Origin: Squalus acanthias | Taxonomy: Eukaryota | DNA: 64,000 nt | Direction: 5' to 3' | Assembly: GCA_030390025.1 (NCBI GenBank) | Contig: CM059432.1 | Location: forward strand, 11,222,001 to 11,286,000 | In this document: positions 13,314 to 26,231 of the stretch, in pieces | Numbering within the stretch: position 1 is the stretch's first letter | Layout of the letters: every line of letters starts with the position of its first letter | Position numbers and translations under genes: made by a program | Notes under the pieces: generated by a model | What the model saw: the letters and a program-made list of their open reading frames with translations, nothing else | The model's database searches: none | What the model was told of the DNA's origin: nothing

Positions 13314-13575
13314 GGTCAAAGTTTTGCTCAGTGTTGAGAGTTGAGGGCTGAAATTTAGCTCCGGAGTCGTGGGCTGAAGGCCGAAATCTCGTTCGTCGGT
13401 GGAGCGAGGTTGAGGGCTGAAATTTTGCTCAGTAGGTGGGGGAGATGAATGAAAGCTGAAATCTTGCCCAGTGTTGGGTGGGTGGGGGAGTCAAATTCAG
13501 TATCTAGCTCAGTGAGGATGGGTGTGGAAGGCCAAAATCTGGGAGAGAGGGTTACAGCTGAAATCCTACTCAGGA
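13314..13575 (+). repeat. Degenerate minisatellite, about 8 units of 27-41 bp with a GGCTGAAAT(T/C)...GCTC core
   Basis: Cores at about 13314, 13346, 13378, 13413, 13453, 13494, 13529 and 13556. Confidence 0.6.
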
Positions 13576-13875
13576 TGCTAAGAGTAGAAACAATTTATAT
13601 AAAGGTGTGACACCATCTGGACTCCTTTGAAAATCAATTGCACAGATAATTAATCGTCATTCTCTTGATCTCATATTTGTCTTTTTTATATATAAATCCG
13701 TTTAAATAGTAAATGGTAATTTTGGGCATACTAGCTTTATGGAGTCTGACGATATGAGGAAGCTGTATTAAACTGATATGTATGTTAAATCAGCTCCTTC
13801 AGTATCCCACACTCAGTGTTTTTGCAGGGCACTGTTACCAGTATTTACTATTCAAACAATTAAAAAAAAATATCT

Positions 13876-14182
13876 GCTTGGCTCAGTTGTTAGCACTTTC
13901 ACCTGAGTCAGAAATGGTTGGGTTCAAGCCATCCTCCAGGATTCAGGCAAGTAATCGAGAAAGGTGCTTCAATACAGTACTGAGGGGTTGCTGCATTGTC
14001 AGAGGTGATGTCTTTCAGTTGAGGCATTCAACCAAAACCCATTGTGCCTGTTCTGCTGGTCTATGTGGACATAAAAAATACAATGCCTCTATTTGCAGAA
14101 GACCAAGGAGTTCTCCTGGCATCCTGGTCAACATTCCTTTCCCAACCAATGTGACTGAAAAAAGATGAGCTGGTTATTAATC
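13876..14182 (+). mobile_element. DeuSINE (SacSINE1-like) partial copy
   Basis: tRNA-like head (ttggctcagt...ggttcaagcc) followed by the cagtactgaggg...gtctttcag body seen in other copies. Confidence 0.7.
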
Positions 14183-14424
14183 TAATTTCTAGCCCTGGCG
14201 AGCAGAGATGACAGTTACAGTCTCTGAATACAGGGTTCAATTCCAGTAGGGTACTTGTGTTTGATGGGAGTGCAGTGACGACCCCCATCGCATCTAGGCA
14301 GGGAGTTGAGAGCCAGGCTAATGAACTGCCGACGTTAAAAGGGTTTTTCTTCGTAAACAACCCAGAGAACTATCTGCTGGATGTAACAATAGTGGAAGAA
14401 ATGGGTCGCCTCATATGTTTTTTT

Positions 14425-14975
14425 TTTATTCGTTTATAGGATGTGGGCGTCGCTGGCAAGGCCAGCATTTATTGCCCATCCCTAATTGCCCTTGAGAAGG
14501 TGGTGGTGAGCCGCCTTCTTGAACCGCAGCAGTCCGTGTGGTAAATGTTAGGGAGGGAGTTCCAGGATTTTGACCCAGCGATGATGAAAGATTGGCGATA
14601 CATTTCCAAGTCAGGATGGTGTGTGACTTGGAGGTGGTGGTGTTCCCATGTGTCTGCTGCCCTTGTCCTTCAAGGTGGAAGAGGTCACGGGTTTGGGAGG
14701 TGCTGCCGAAGAAGCCTTGGCGAGTTGCTGCAGTGCATCTTATAGATGGTACACACTGCAGCCACGGTATGCCGGTGGTGGAGGGAGTGAATGTTTAAGG
14801 TGGTGGTTGGGGGTGCCAATCAAGCGGGCTGCTTTGTCCTGGATGGTGTCCAGCTTCATGAGTGTTGTTGGAGCTGCACTCATCTAGGCAAGAGGAGAGT
14901 ATTCCATCACACTCCTTACTTGTGCCTTGTAGATGGTGGAAAGGCTTTGGGGAGTCAGGAGGTGAGACACTCCTG
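14425..14975 (-). mobile_element. CR1-group LINE family A 3' fragment
   Basis: Reverse complement of the 24600-25150 region including the gctggccttgccagc terminal hairpin. Confidence 0.9.
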
Positions 14976-15171
14976 ACTCCCCACTCATACTTGGCATGAA
15001 AGAGAAAGAAGAACCTGCTGTCCACATATTGCCTTCTGTGATTACTTATATAATCTGTGGTGTAGCGGGGACTGTTGGTAAACCAGGGCCCTTAAGTATA
15101 TCATTTAACTGTAGTGCAATTGGTGGGATTGATTTGTTTTAATTTAATTTGAATTAATGAAAGGGTAAGTC

Positions 15172-16095
15172 ATGGCAGGAGAGCTCGGCCCCGTGGTATG
15201 CTCCTCCTGTGCTATGTGGGAAATCAGGGACCCTTCCGGTGTCCTTGACAACCATGTGTGCGGGAAGTGTATCCAGCTACAGCTACTGGCAGACCGCATT
15301 ACGGCGCTGGAGCTGCGATTGGATGCGTATTGGAGCATTCGCGATGCTGAGAACCTCGTGGATAGCACGTTTAGCGAGTTGGTCACACCGCAGGCAAAGG
15401 GTGTGCAGGCAGGAAGTAAATGGGTGACCACCAGGCAGAGTAAGAGGTGCAGGCAAGTAGTGCAGGGGTCCCCTGTGGACATCCCCCTCTCAAACAGATA
15501 TACCATTTTGGATACTGTTGGGGATGACTTATCAGGGGAAGGCAGCAGCAGCCAACTTCCTGGCACCATGGGTGGCTCTGCTGCACAGGCTGGGAGGAAA
15601 AAGAGTGGAAGAGCTATAGTGGTAGGGGACTCAATTGTAAGGGGAATAGATAGGCGTTTCTGCGGCCGCAACCGAGACTCCAGGATGGTGTGTTGCCTCC
15701 CTGGTGCAAGGGTCAAGGACGTCTCGGAGCGGCTACAGAACATTTTGGAGGGGGTGGGCGAACAGCCAGCTGTCGTGGTGCACATAGGCACCAACGATAT
15801 AGGTAAAAAAGGGGATGAGGTCCTAAAAGCAGAATATAGGGAGTTAGGAGGTAAATTAAAAAATAGGACCTCAAAGGTAGTAATCTCAGGATTGCTACCA
15901 GTGCCACGTGCTAGTCAGAGTAGAAATAGGAGGATATTTCAAATGAATACGTGGCTAGAGGAATGGTGCAAGGGGGAGGGATTCAAATTCCTGGGACATT
16001 GGAACCAGTTCTGGGGGAGGTGGGACCAGTACAAACCGGACGGTCTGCACCTGGGCAGGGCCGGGACCGCTGTCCTAGTGGGAAGTGTTTGCTAG
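15172..16095 (+). CDS. CR1 ORF1p: zinc finger/leucine zipper plus SGNH esterase domain
   Basis: CxxC...CxxC followed by a Leu heptad; SGNH blocks GDS (IVVGDSIVRG), CCLPGA, HIGTND and DGLHL, the established CR1 ORF1 architecture. Confidence 0.9.
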   Translation: MAGELGPVVCSSCAMWEIRDPSGVLDNHVCGKCIQLQLLADRITALELRLDAYWSIRDAENLVDSTFSELVTPQAKGVQAGSKWVTTRQSKRCRQVVQGSPVDIPLSNRYTILDTVGDDLSGEGSSSQLPGTMGGSAAQAGRKKSGRAIVVGDSIVRGIDRRFCGRNRDSRMVCCLPGARVKDVSERLQNILEGVGEQPAVVVHIGTNDIGKKGDEVLKAEYRELGGKLKNRTSKVVISGLLPVPRASQSRNRRIFQMNTWLEEWCKGEGFKFLGHWNQFWGRWDQYKPDGLHLGRAGTAVLVGSVC

Positions 16096-16164
16096 TGCTG
16101 TTGGGGAGGGTTTAAACTGAAGTGGCAGGGGGTTGGGCACCTGAGCAGGGAGACAGAGGAAAGC

Positions 16165-19062
16165 GTGTCAGGAAGGGACAGAATGTATGGAGTAAAAGGG
16201 AAAGTGTTAAAAAAGGAAAAAGCAGGAACTAAGTGTCACAAAACATATTTGAAAGTTCTTTATCTGAATGCACGTAGCATTCGTAACAAAATGGACAAGT
16301 TAACGGCACAAATAACTACGTATGGGTATGATCTTGTGGCCATTACAGAAACATGACTGCAGGGTGACAACGACTGGGAATTAAATATGCCAGGGTATTT
16401 AACAATCAGGAAGGACAGGCAGGAAGGAAGGGGAGGTGGGGTGGCTATGTTAATAAAGGAAGGAATCACTGTAATACAGAGAAATGATATTGGGTCAAAG
16501 GATCAGAATAATGAAACAGTTTGGGTGGAGATGAGGAATAATAAGGGGGAAAAAACACTAGTGGGAGTAGTGTATAGGCCTCCTAATAGTTGCAACTCTG
16601 CTGGAAGAAGTATTAATCAGGAAATAGTTGGGGCATATAATAAGGGAACAGCTATAATTATGGGGGATTTTAACTATCATATTAACTGGACAAATCAAAT
16701 TGGGCAGGGCAGCCTTGAGGAAGAGTTTATTGAGTGTATTAGGGATGGATTTCTTGAGCAGTATGTAACTGATCCTACAAGGGGGCAAGCAACCTTGGAC
16801 CTGGTCCTGTGTAATGAGTCAGGATTCATTAATAATGTCCTAGTTAAGGATCCCCTTGGAATGAGTGACCATAACATGGTTGAATTCCATATCCAATTAG
16901 AGGGTGAGAAGGTTGGTTCTCAAACAAGCGTACTGAGCTTGAATAAAGGAGACTATGATGGTATGAGAGCGGAATTGATTAAAGTGGACTGGGAAAATAG
17001 ATTAAAGGGTAAGACGGTACATGAGCAGTGGTGTTCATTTAAGGAGCTATTTTACAACTTTCAAAAAATATATATTCCACTGAGGAAAAAAGGGTGGAAA
17101 AGAAATGACAGCCATCCGTGGCTAAGTAAAGAAATTAAGGATAGTATCCGACTAAAAACAAGGACATATAAGGTAGCCAAACTTAGTGGGAGGATAGAAG
17201 ATTGGGAAGTCTTCAAAAGACAGCAAAAAGTAACTGAAGGATTGATTAAGAAAGGGAAGATAGATTATGAAAATAAATTAGCAAAAAATATAAAAACAGA
17301 TAGCAAGAGTTTCTATAGTTATATAAAAAGAAAAAGGGCGGCTGAGGCAAACGTAGGTCCCTTAGAGGATGAGACCGGGAAATTAATGGTGGGAAACATG
17401 GAGATGGCAAAAATGCTGAACAAATATTTTGTTTCAGTCTTTACGGTAGAGGACACTAAGAATATCCCAACACTGGACAAACAGGGGGCTCTGGGGGGGG
17501 GGGGGAGGAGCTAAATATGATTAAAATCACTGAGGAATTAGTACTCAGTAAAATAATGGGACTCAAGGCGGATAAATCCCCTGGACCTGATGGCTTACAT
17601 CCTAGGGTCTTGAGGGAAGTGGCAGTAGGGATTGTGGATGCTTTGGTAATAATTTTCCAAAATTCCCTGGACTCGGCAAAGGTCCCGGCAGATTAGAAAA
17701 CTGCTAATGTAACACCCTTATTTAAAAAGGGTAGTAGGCAGAAGGCTGGAAATTATAGACCAGTTAGCCTAACATCTGTGGTGGGTAAAATTTTGGAGTC
17801 TATTATTAAGGAGACAGTAACGGAACATTTAGATAAACATAATTTAATAGGACAAAGTCAGCATGGCTTTATGAAGGGGAAGTCATGTCTGACAAATTTG
17901 CTTGAGTTCTTTGAGGACATAACGTACAGGGTGGATAAAGGGGAACCAGTGGACGTAGTGTATTTAGACTTCCAGAAGGCATTCGACAAGGTGCCACATA
18001 AAAGATTATTGCTCAAGATAAAAAATCACTGGATTGGGGGGAATATTCTGGCATGGGTGGAGGATTGGTTATCTAACAGGAAGCAGAGAGTTGGGATAAA
18101 TGGTTCATTCTCGGACTGGCAACCAGTAGCCAGTGGTGTTCCGCAGGGGTCGGTGCTGGGTCCCCAACTCTTTACAATCTATATTAACGATTTGGAGGAG
18201 GGGACCGAGTGTAACATATCAAAGTTTGCAGATGATACAAAGATGGGAGGGAAAGTAGAGAGTGAGGAGGACATAAAAAACCTACAAGGGGATATAGACA
18301 GGCTGGGTGAGTGGGCGAAGATTTGGCAGATGCAATACAATATTGGAAAATGTGAGGTTATGCACTTTGGCAGGAAAAATCAGAGAGCAAGTTATTATCT
18401 TAATGGCGAGAAACTGGGAAGTACTGCAGTACAAAGGGATCTGGGGGTCCTAGTGCAAGAAAATCAAACAGTTAGTATGCAGGTGCAGCAGGTGATCAAG
18501 AAGGCCAACGGAATGTTGGCTTTTATTGCTAGGGGGATAGATTATAAAAACAGGGAGGTATTGCTGCAGTTATATAAGGTATTGGTGAGACCGCACCTGG
18601 AATACTGCATACAGTTTTGGTGTCCATACTTAAGAAAAGACATACTTGCTCTCGAGGCAGTACAAAGAAGGTTCACTCGGTTAATCCCGGGGATGAGGGG
18701 GTGGACATATGAGGAGAGGTTGAGTAGATTGGGACTCTGCTCATTGGAGTTCAGAAAAATGAGAGGCGATCTTATTGAAACATAAGATTGTGAAGGGGCT
18801 TGATCGGGTGGATGCGGTAAGGATGTTCCCAAGGATGGGTGAAACTAGAACTAGGGGGCATAATCTTAGAATAAGGGGCTGCTCTTTCAAAACTGAGATG
18901 AGGAGAAACTTCTTCACTCAGAGGGTAGTAGGTCTGTGGAATTTACTGCCCCAGGAAGCTGTGGAAGCTACATCATTAAATAAATTTAAAACAGAAATAG
19001 ACAGTTTCCTAGAAGTAAAGGGAATTAGGGGTTACGGGGAGTGGGCAGGAAATTGGACATGA
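16165..19062 (+). pseudogene. CR1 ORF2 (APE endonuclease plus RT), inactivated
   Basis: YLNARS, ITET*, YRPP, GDFN, SDH, QGSVLGP, FADD; premature stops at ~16354 and ~17694; frameshifts at the poly-G (~17495) and ~18783. Confidence 0.9.
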
Positions 19063-19538
19063 GGCTGAGTTCGGATCGGTCAAGGCCCTGTGGGTGGCGG
19101 AGCGGGCCCAGGGGCTGAGTGGCCGGGTCCTGCTCCTACTTCTTGTGTTCTTTAGATTTGAGGTTAGGATCAGATCAGCCATGATCTTATTGAATGGCGG
19201 AGCAGGCTCGAGGGGCCGATTGGCCTACTCCTGCTCCTATTTCTTATGTTCTTATAACAGTAACTGCAATTCAAATGAACAAAACAGAAGGATATCAACT
19301 AGCTGTAACTGATTGTTGAAAAGGTCATTTAGTAACTTGCAATTTTACCTATTTTATAGTATTTCACTGCAAAACATTCAAAGTTGCAAATATTTATAAA
19401 TACTTTTTGGAAATCAAAATAGACATTTCTATAATCCTTTATTTAGCAAGTTCTTTTTAATGGTGACTGTTGAGAATTGAGGATGAAATACTTTAATGGA
19501 TGATGCATGACAGTAAATAATAACATGCTCTTTTACAG

Positions 19539-19679
19539 AGTGCAAATTCCACTGCACCAATGGCAACTGTTTGAAATTTGGAAACCTGATTTGCAACCAA
19601 CTAAATGACTGTGGAGATAACAGTGATGAAGAAAACTGCCCGCTAGTAACTGAGCACCCACCTCCAACAATCTTTAACT
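19539..19679 (+). CDS. LDLRAD4: LDLRAD4 (C18orf1) internal exon encoding the LDL-receptor class A domain
   Basis: Acceptor ctcttttacag| and donor |gtaagt; 141 nt, phase 1-1. Translation (E)[46 protein letters not shown](S) matches the human LDLRAD4 segment as I recall it ([48 protein letters not shown]). Not in the ORF track because it is under 60 aa. Confidence 0.93.
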
Positions 19680-21227
19680 GTAAGTGTTGAACTTAGCTCC
19701 TATTATGCATTACTGTCATTGGACAGTTGGAGATCTAAGATTGTATTTTGTTTTTTTGTCACTGACTTTACTTTGCTCGAAGATGAGTTATGCAGCTTAC
19801 AATATTATTTGAGGCTTTTCATGAATTTGTTTTTGCATGTGTGGTCTCTGCTGTTTTGGGACCTGTATATTTACTCTATTGGCAGGTATTGTACCATGTG
19901 GAAGCTTTGAATCAAGTCAAGTGTTTTTGAAATGTTGGAAATAGCAGTTAACCTTGAATTGTCATTTGGTCAGACAACCTAGTACATTTAGCCCTGGTCT
20001 TGACATAGTGGCAAATTGCATTTGTTACAGATGGAACTATGAATCATCTTTAATCGTTTATTCTTGGGGCTCACATTGAACCTGTACTTTGCTCTTGATA
20101 TCGAAGTTGACTTTGTTTTGGTTACAACAATTTAGCTAGTTAAAATACAAGAGAATTGATAACTTTAAAAAACAATGTAACCTAGACCACGAATGTACTT
20201 AAAGCAGCATTCCTGACTTAAAGTGGAACCATCTTTATGAAGGTTTTCAGAAAATCTTTTTTAACATGTAAACACGCGGCATGATGATGAAAATAGTTTA
20301 AAAGTTTTATAGCGACACTTGCATATGGTGGCATCAAGATACTTTTCATCCTCCAAATGTTTGCATATTTTTCATGAATAGCATCCCATCAAAAATGATC
20401 AGGAGAGGTGTTGAAGTTCATGGTTTTAAAAAAAAAAAAGTGACTATCACTGTTTTCAATCTTGTAAATTCTTTAAGTATCTTGATAAGTTAATTTTTAT
20501 ATCAATGGCATGGAAGAGCTTTTATGATGTCACATGCAGCATTATTATCAACACTGTTGAATTCAGTCTTTGCTCCAGCATTACCCCAAGAATTGAATGT
20601 TTATAAATACTTTTTGGAATTAAAAATAGAGATCTCTATGGTAAATGTTTATTTAGTAAGTTCTTTTAGAAGAACTGTTCCTGAAAATGTGCCATCCCTT
20701 TACTATAGTGCCAAAGGCCGAAATAAAGTTAGGCCCACTCCACCAAGTCAGATTTGCTAATTCTTCCTTGGCAGGACTAGTTGTGGGTGGGATGGTGAGG
20801 AATGGTGTCCCCTCTGGCTCCTGCTCCCCAAAAGAGCTTTGATAAGTTGAAGATCACAGTGCTCAAAGGCAACAATTTATCTTGCACCCTGAAGGTGGTG
20901 TGCAACAGATATGTGTCTTATTTATTATAATACACAGAAGTAGGCTATACAGCCCAACAAGTGTGCGCTAGTCTTTTGCTCCATGAGCCGAGTTCTCTCA
21001 CTCTCCTGCTTGCTCCACGAGCATTAAATATTCCACTTTTCAAGCAAGTACCTAAATCCACAACATTTGTGGGTTCTGTTTCAGCAATTGTTTGTTAGAG
21101 AATTTCACAGTCTGAGCACTCTCTCCTGTAAAGACTTTATTTTCTCACCTCCCCTTTAATTCTTTTTGTAAGTATCTTGTACTTGTGCCCTCTTGTTCCT
21201 GTCTTGTCAACCAAATGGAAGCAATCT

Positions 21228-24200
21228 GTTGGATTGTCGTAAAAACCCATCTGGTTCACGAATGTCCTTTAGGGAAGGAAATCTGCCGTCCTTACCTGGT
21301 CTGGCCTATATGTGACTCCAGACCCACAGCAATGTGGTTGACTCTTAACTGCTCTCTGAAATGGCCTATCAAGCCACTCAGTTGCAGCACATCGCTACGA
21401 AACATAATAAGAATGAAACCGGATAGACCACCTGGCATCGACCTCGGCACCTGCTACGGACACGGCAATGGCACACCCAGCCCAGTCGACCCTGCAAAGT
21501 CCTCCTCACCAACATCTGGGGACTTGTGCCAAAATTGGGAGAACTGTCCCACAGACTAATCAATCAACAGCCTGACATAGTCATACTCACAGAATCATAC
21601 CTTTTAGCCAGTGTCCCAAACTCCTCCATCACCATCCCTGGGTACGTCCTGTCTCACCGGCGGGACAAACCCACCAGGGGTGGCGGCACAGTGGTATACA
21701 CTCGGGAAGGAGTGGGCCTGGGAGTCCTCAACATTGACTCCGGACCCCATGAAGTCTCATGGCTTCAGGTCAAGCATGGGCAAGGAAACCTCCTGCTGAT
21801 TACCACCTACTGCCCTCCCTCAGCTGATGAATCAGTGCTCTTCCATGTTGAACACCACTTGGAAGAAGCACTGAGAGTAGCAAGGGCACAGAATGTACCC
21901 TGGGTAGGAGACTTCAATGTCCATCACCAAGAGTGGCTCGGTAGCATGACTACTGACCGAGCTGGCCGAGTCCTGAAGGACATAGCTGCCAGTCTGGGCC
22001 TGCGACAGGAGGTGAGAGAATCAACACAAGGAAAAAACCTACTGGACCTCGTCCTCACCAATCTACCTGTCGCAGATGCATCTGTCCATGACATAAGAAC
22101 ATAAGAAATAGGAGCAGGAATAGGCCACTTGGCCCCTCGAGCCTGCTCCGCCATTCAATAAGATCACGGCTGATCTTGGGCTCAAAGCCACTTCCCTGTC
22201 CGCTCCCCATTCCCCTTCACTCCCTTATCTTGCAAAAATCTGTCTATCTCCACCTTAAATGTATTTAATGACCCAGCCTCCACGGCTCTCTGGGGCAGAG
22301 AATTCCACAGATTTACGACCCTCTGAGAGAAGAAATTCCTCCTCATCTCAGTTCTAAAAGGGCGACCCTTTATTCTGAAACTATGTCCCCGAGTTCTAGA
22401 TTTCCCCACGAGGGGAGACATCCTCTCTGCATCTACCTTGTCGAGCCCCCTCAGTATGTTTCAATAAGATCACCTCTCATTCTTCTAAATTCCAATGAGT
22501 ATGGGCCCAACTTGCTCAACCTTTCTTCATAAGTCAACCCCCTCATCTCTGGAATTAACCTAGTGAATCGTCTCTGAACTGCCTCCAATGCAAGTATATC
22601 CTTCCTTAAATCAGGAGACCAAAACGGTACGCAGTACTCAAGGTGTGGTCTCACCAATACCCTGTACAGTTGTAGCAGGACTTCCCTGCTTTTATACTCC
22701 AACCCCCTTGCAATAAAGGCCAACATTCCATTTGCCTTCCTAATTACTTGCTGCACCTGCATGCTAACTTTTTGTGTTTCATGCACAAGGACCCTCAGGT
22801 CCCTCTGAACTGTAGCATTTTGTAATCTCCATTTAAATAATAATTTGCTTTTTTATTTTTCCTGCCAAAGTGGATAACCTCGCACTTTCCCACACAGTAT
22901 TGGTAGCAGTGACCACCGCACAGTCATTGTGGAGACGAAGTCCCATCTTCACACTGAGGACACACTCCATCGTGTTGTGTGGCACTACCACCGTGCTAAA
23001 TGGGATAGATTCAGAACAGATCTGGCAGCTCAAAACTGGGCATCCATGAGGCACTGTGGGCCATCAGCAGTAGCAGAATTGTATTCCACCACAATCTTTA
23101 ACCTCATGGCCCGGCATATCCCTCACTCTACCATTACCATCAAGCCAGGGGACCAACCCTGGTTCAATAAGGAGTGTAGAAGAGCATGCCAGGAGCAGCA
23201 CCAGGCGTACCTAAAAATGAGGTGCCAACCTGGGGAAGCTGCAACACAGGACTACATGCATGCTAAAAAGCGGATGCAGCATGCTATAGATAGGACTAAG
23301 CGATCCCACAATCAATGGATCAGATCATAGCTCTGCAGTCCTGCCACATCCAGTCGTGAATGATGGTGGACCATTAAACAACTAACGGGAGGAGGAGGCT
23401 CCATGAATAACCCCATCCTCAATGATGGTAGGGCTTAGCACGTAAGTGCAAAAGACAAAGCTGAAGCGTTTGCAACCATCTTCAGCCAGAAGTGCCGAGT
23501 GGATGATCCATATCGGCCTCCTCCTGAGGTCCCCACCATCACAGGAGCCAGTCTTCAGCCAATTCGATTCACTCCACGTGATATCAAGAAACGGCTGAGC
23601 GCACTGGATACAGCAAAGGCTATGGGCCCCAACAACATCCCAGCTGTCGTGCTGAAGACGTGCTCCAGAACTAGCTGCGCCACTAGCCAAGCTGTTCCAG
23701 TACAGCTACAACACTGGCATCTATCCGACAATTTAAAAGACTGCCCAGGTATGTCCTGTCCACAAAAAGCAGGACAAATTCAATCCGGCCAATTACCGCC
23801 CCATCAGTCTACTCTCAATCATCAGCAAAGTGATGGAAGGTGTCATCGACAGTGCTATCAAGTAGCACTTAGTCACCAATAACCTGCTCACTGATGCCTA
23901 GTTTGGGTTCCGCCAAGACCACTCGGCTCCCGATCTCATTACAGCCTTGGTCCATACGTGGACAAAGGAGCTGAATTCCAGAGGTGAGGTGAGAGTGACT
24001 GCCCTTGACATCAAGGCAGCATTTGACCGAGTGTGGCATCAAGGAGCCCTAATAAAACTGAAGTCAATGGGAATCGGGGGGAAAACTCTCAACTGGCTGG
24101 AGTCATGCCTAGCACAAAGGAAGATGGCTGTGGTGGTTGAAGGTCAATCATCACAGCCCCAGGACATTGCTGCAGGAGTTCCTCAGGGCAGTGTCCAAGG

Positions 24201-25150
24201 CCCAACCATCTTCAGCTGCTTCATCAATGATCTTCCCTCCAACATAAGGTCAGAAATGGGGATGTTCGCTGATGACTGCACAGTGTTCAGCACCATTCAC
24301 AACTCCTCAGATAATGAAGCAGTCCATGCCCGCATGCAACAAGACCTGGACGACGTTCAGGCTTGGGCTGATAAGTGGCAGGTAACATTTGCGCCACAGA
24401 AGTGCCAGTCAATGACTATCTCCAACAAGCGAGAGTCTAACCACCGCCCCTTGACATTCAACAGCATTACCATCGCCGAATCCCCCACCATTAACATCCT
24501 GGGGGTCACCATTGACCAGAAACTTAACTGGACCAGCCACATAAATACTGCGGCAACAAGAGCAGGTCAGAGGCTCGGTATTCTGTGGCAAATGTCTCAC
24601 CTCCTGACTCCCCAAAGCCTTTCCACCATCTACAAGGCACAAGTAAGGAGTGTGATGGAATACTCTCCACTTGCCTGGATGAGTGCAGCTCCAACAACAC
24701 TCAAGAAGCTTGACACCATCCTGGACAAAGCAGCCCGCTTGATTGGCACCCCATCCACCACCTTAAACATTCACTCCCTGCACCACCGGCGTACTGTGGC
24801 TGCAGTGTGTACCATCTACAAGATGCACTGCAGCAACTCGCCAAAGCTTCTTCGGCAGCACCTCCCAAACCCACGATCTCTTCCACCTAGAAGGACAAGG
24901 GCAGCAGGCGCATGGGAACACCACCACCTCCAAGTTCCCCTCCAAGTCACACACCATCCTGACTTGGAAATATATTCTTCATCGTCGCTGGGTCAAAATC
25001 CTGGAACTCCCTACCTAACAGCACTGTGGGAGTACCTTCACCACACAGACTGCAGCGGTTCAAGAAGACGGCTCACCACCACCTTCTCAAGGGCAATTAG
25101 GGATGGGCAATAAATGCTGGCCTTGCCAGCGACGCCCAGATCCCATAAAA
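21228..25150 (+). mobile_element. CR1-group LINE family A, near full-length single ORF (APE plus RT), interrupted by a CR1
   Basis: Leader of about 280 nt, then NIWGL...ILTES, GDFN, SDH, DIKAAFDRVWH, GVPQGS, FADD, YKAQVRS; several stops; 3' end aataaatgctggccttgccagcgacgccc. Confidence 0.92.
22094..22893 (-). mobile_element. CR1 3' fragment nested in the family A LINE
   Basis: Interrupts gtccatgaca|gtattggtagc (VHDSIGSSDH) with aca on both sides; ORFs 22182..22421 and 22451..22786. Confidence 0.92.
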
Positions 25151-26231
25151 CAAATTTTTAAAATCTGTCACTGTTAACTCCATCATGACCCTTAATAATG
25201 TTAAAGACCATTATCAGGTAACTTCTCCACTCCAGTGGAAAAAGATCCCCATCTCCAGTCTCTCTCTAACTGCAACTCCTCAAACCTTGTAACATACTAG
25301 TGACAATGAAATGATGGGACTGGAATATACTGGTGTTCCACTACTTTAAGCAGACAGAATAACAGTAATCCTACTATATATATCGTGTATGCTGTACTTA
25401 ACATTTGTGGAAGACTATTATATTTTTGTAGGGGGTATTAACCAAATTCAGCTGATAAAATTTGCCAAACTGCGTTGAAAAGAATGCAAAAATTAGCATT
25501 CCTACTTTAAAAAAAAAATGATTTCAGTCAAACATTTATTGTGGTTTGTAGTTCAGTGAAAATCCAGCTGGGATGAATTTTATGTCACTTCCTGCTTTGC
25601 AGTTCTAGCCTGCAAGTAGAGCATGAAGAAATTATTTGTGACTTGGTTATATAATAAGTTAACTTGCTTTAAATTAAAAAATTGGCAGCATTAAATGGAG
25701 TCAGTCTGCACTTAAATGTTCACAATACTTTCTAAAGAAAAATAATGATTACGTTGTGAGCTGCTGCATCATTTTTTTAGGATAGCTGACAATTGACTGG
25801 TGTGTATCGAGGTTGTACAGTGTACTCTTGCTCGATCAATTTTATTTATTCTCAGAAAATCTGCTTTATGTAGTATGAACTATGAATTTAATTGAACAAA
25901 GCATGGATTTGTGCATCTGATATTGAACACATATTGTCTTTAAACATGTGTGTGTAGTCCAAGGATTAAGCTAGGGCTTTGGGAAAACAGGGCACATAGT
26001 CTTGCCTAGATCAGAGATCTGGATCTTGCAGCCTTAAAATTAGTGCTATTTTTATCGAAACTTGTACTTGCATAATAAGATGATAATCCCTCTTCCTCCT
26101 CCCCAGAATTCCATCTGGCAAAATACATGACTTTCTTACAAGACGAGGGATAACTTGAACAAACTTCTATCACCAGAAATTATAAGTTACTGTCTGCTGC
26201 TATCCACAATTACAGATTTTCTTGTAACTTG

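Larger units (their letters stand above)
15143..19255 (+). mobile_element. Near full-length CR1 LINE (ORF1 plus disrupted ORF2), copy 1
   Basis: ORF1 at 15172-16095; ORF2 split into 16165..16356, 16387..17514, 17778..18785 and 18775..19062; doubled 3' tail ending (ttcttatg)n. Confidence 0.95.

Noticed and set aside
13314..13575. CRISPR-like repeat-spacer array
   Set aside because: Repeats are short and highly degenerate, spacers are low-complexity, the context is eukaryotic and there are no cas genes.
15144..15794. 216-aa minus-strand ORF and similar antisense ORFs over LINEs
   Set aside because: Shadow frames of CR1 ORF1/ORF2 with no independent motifs.
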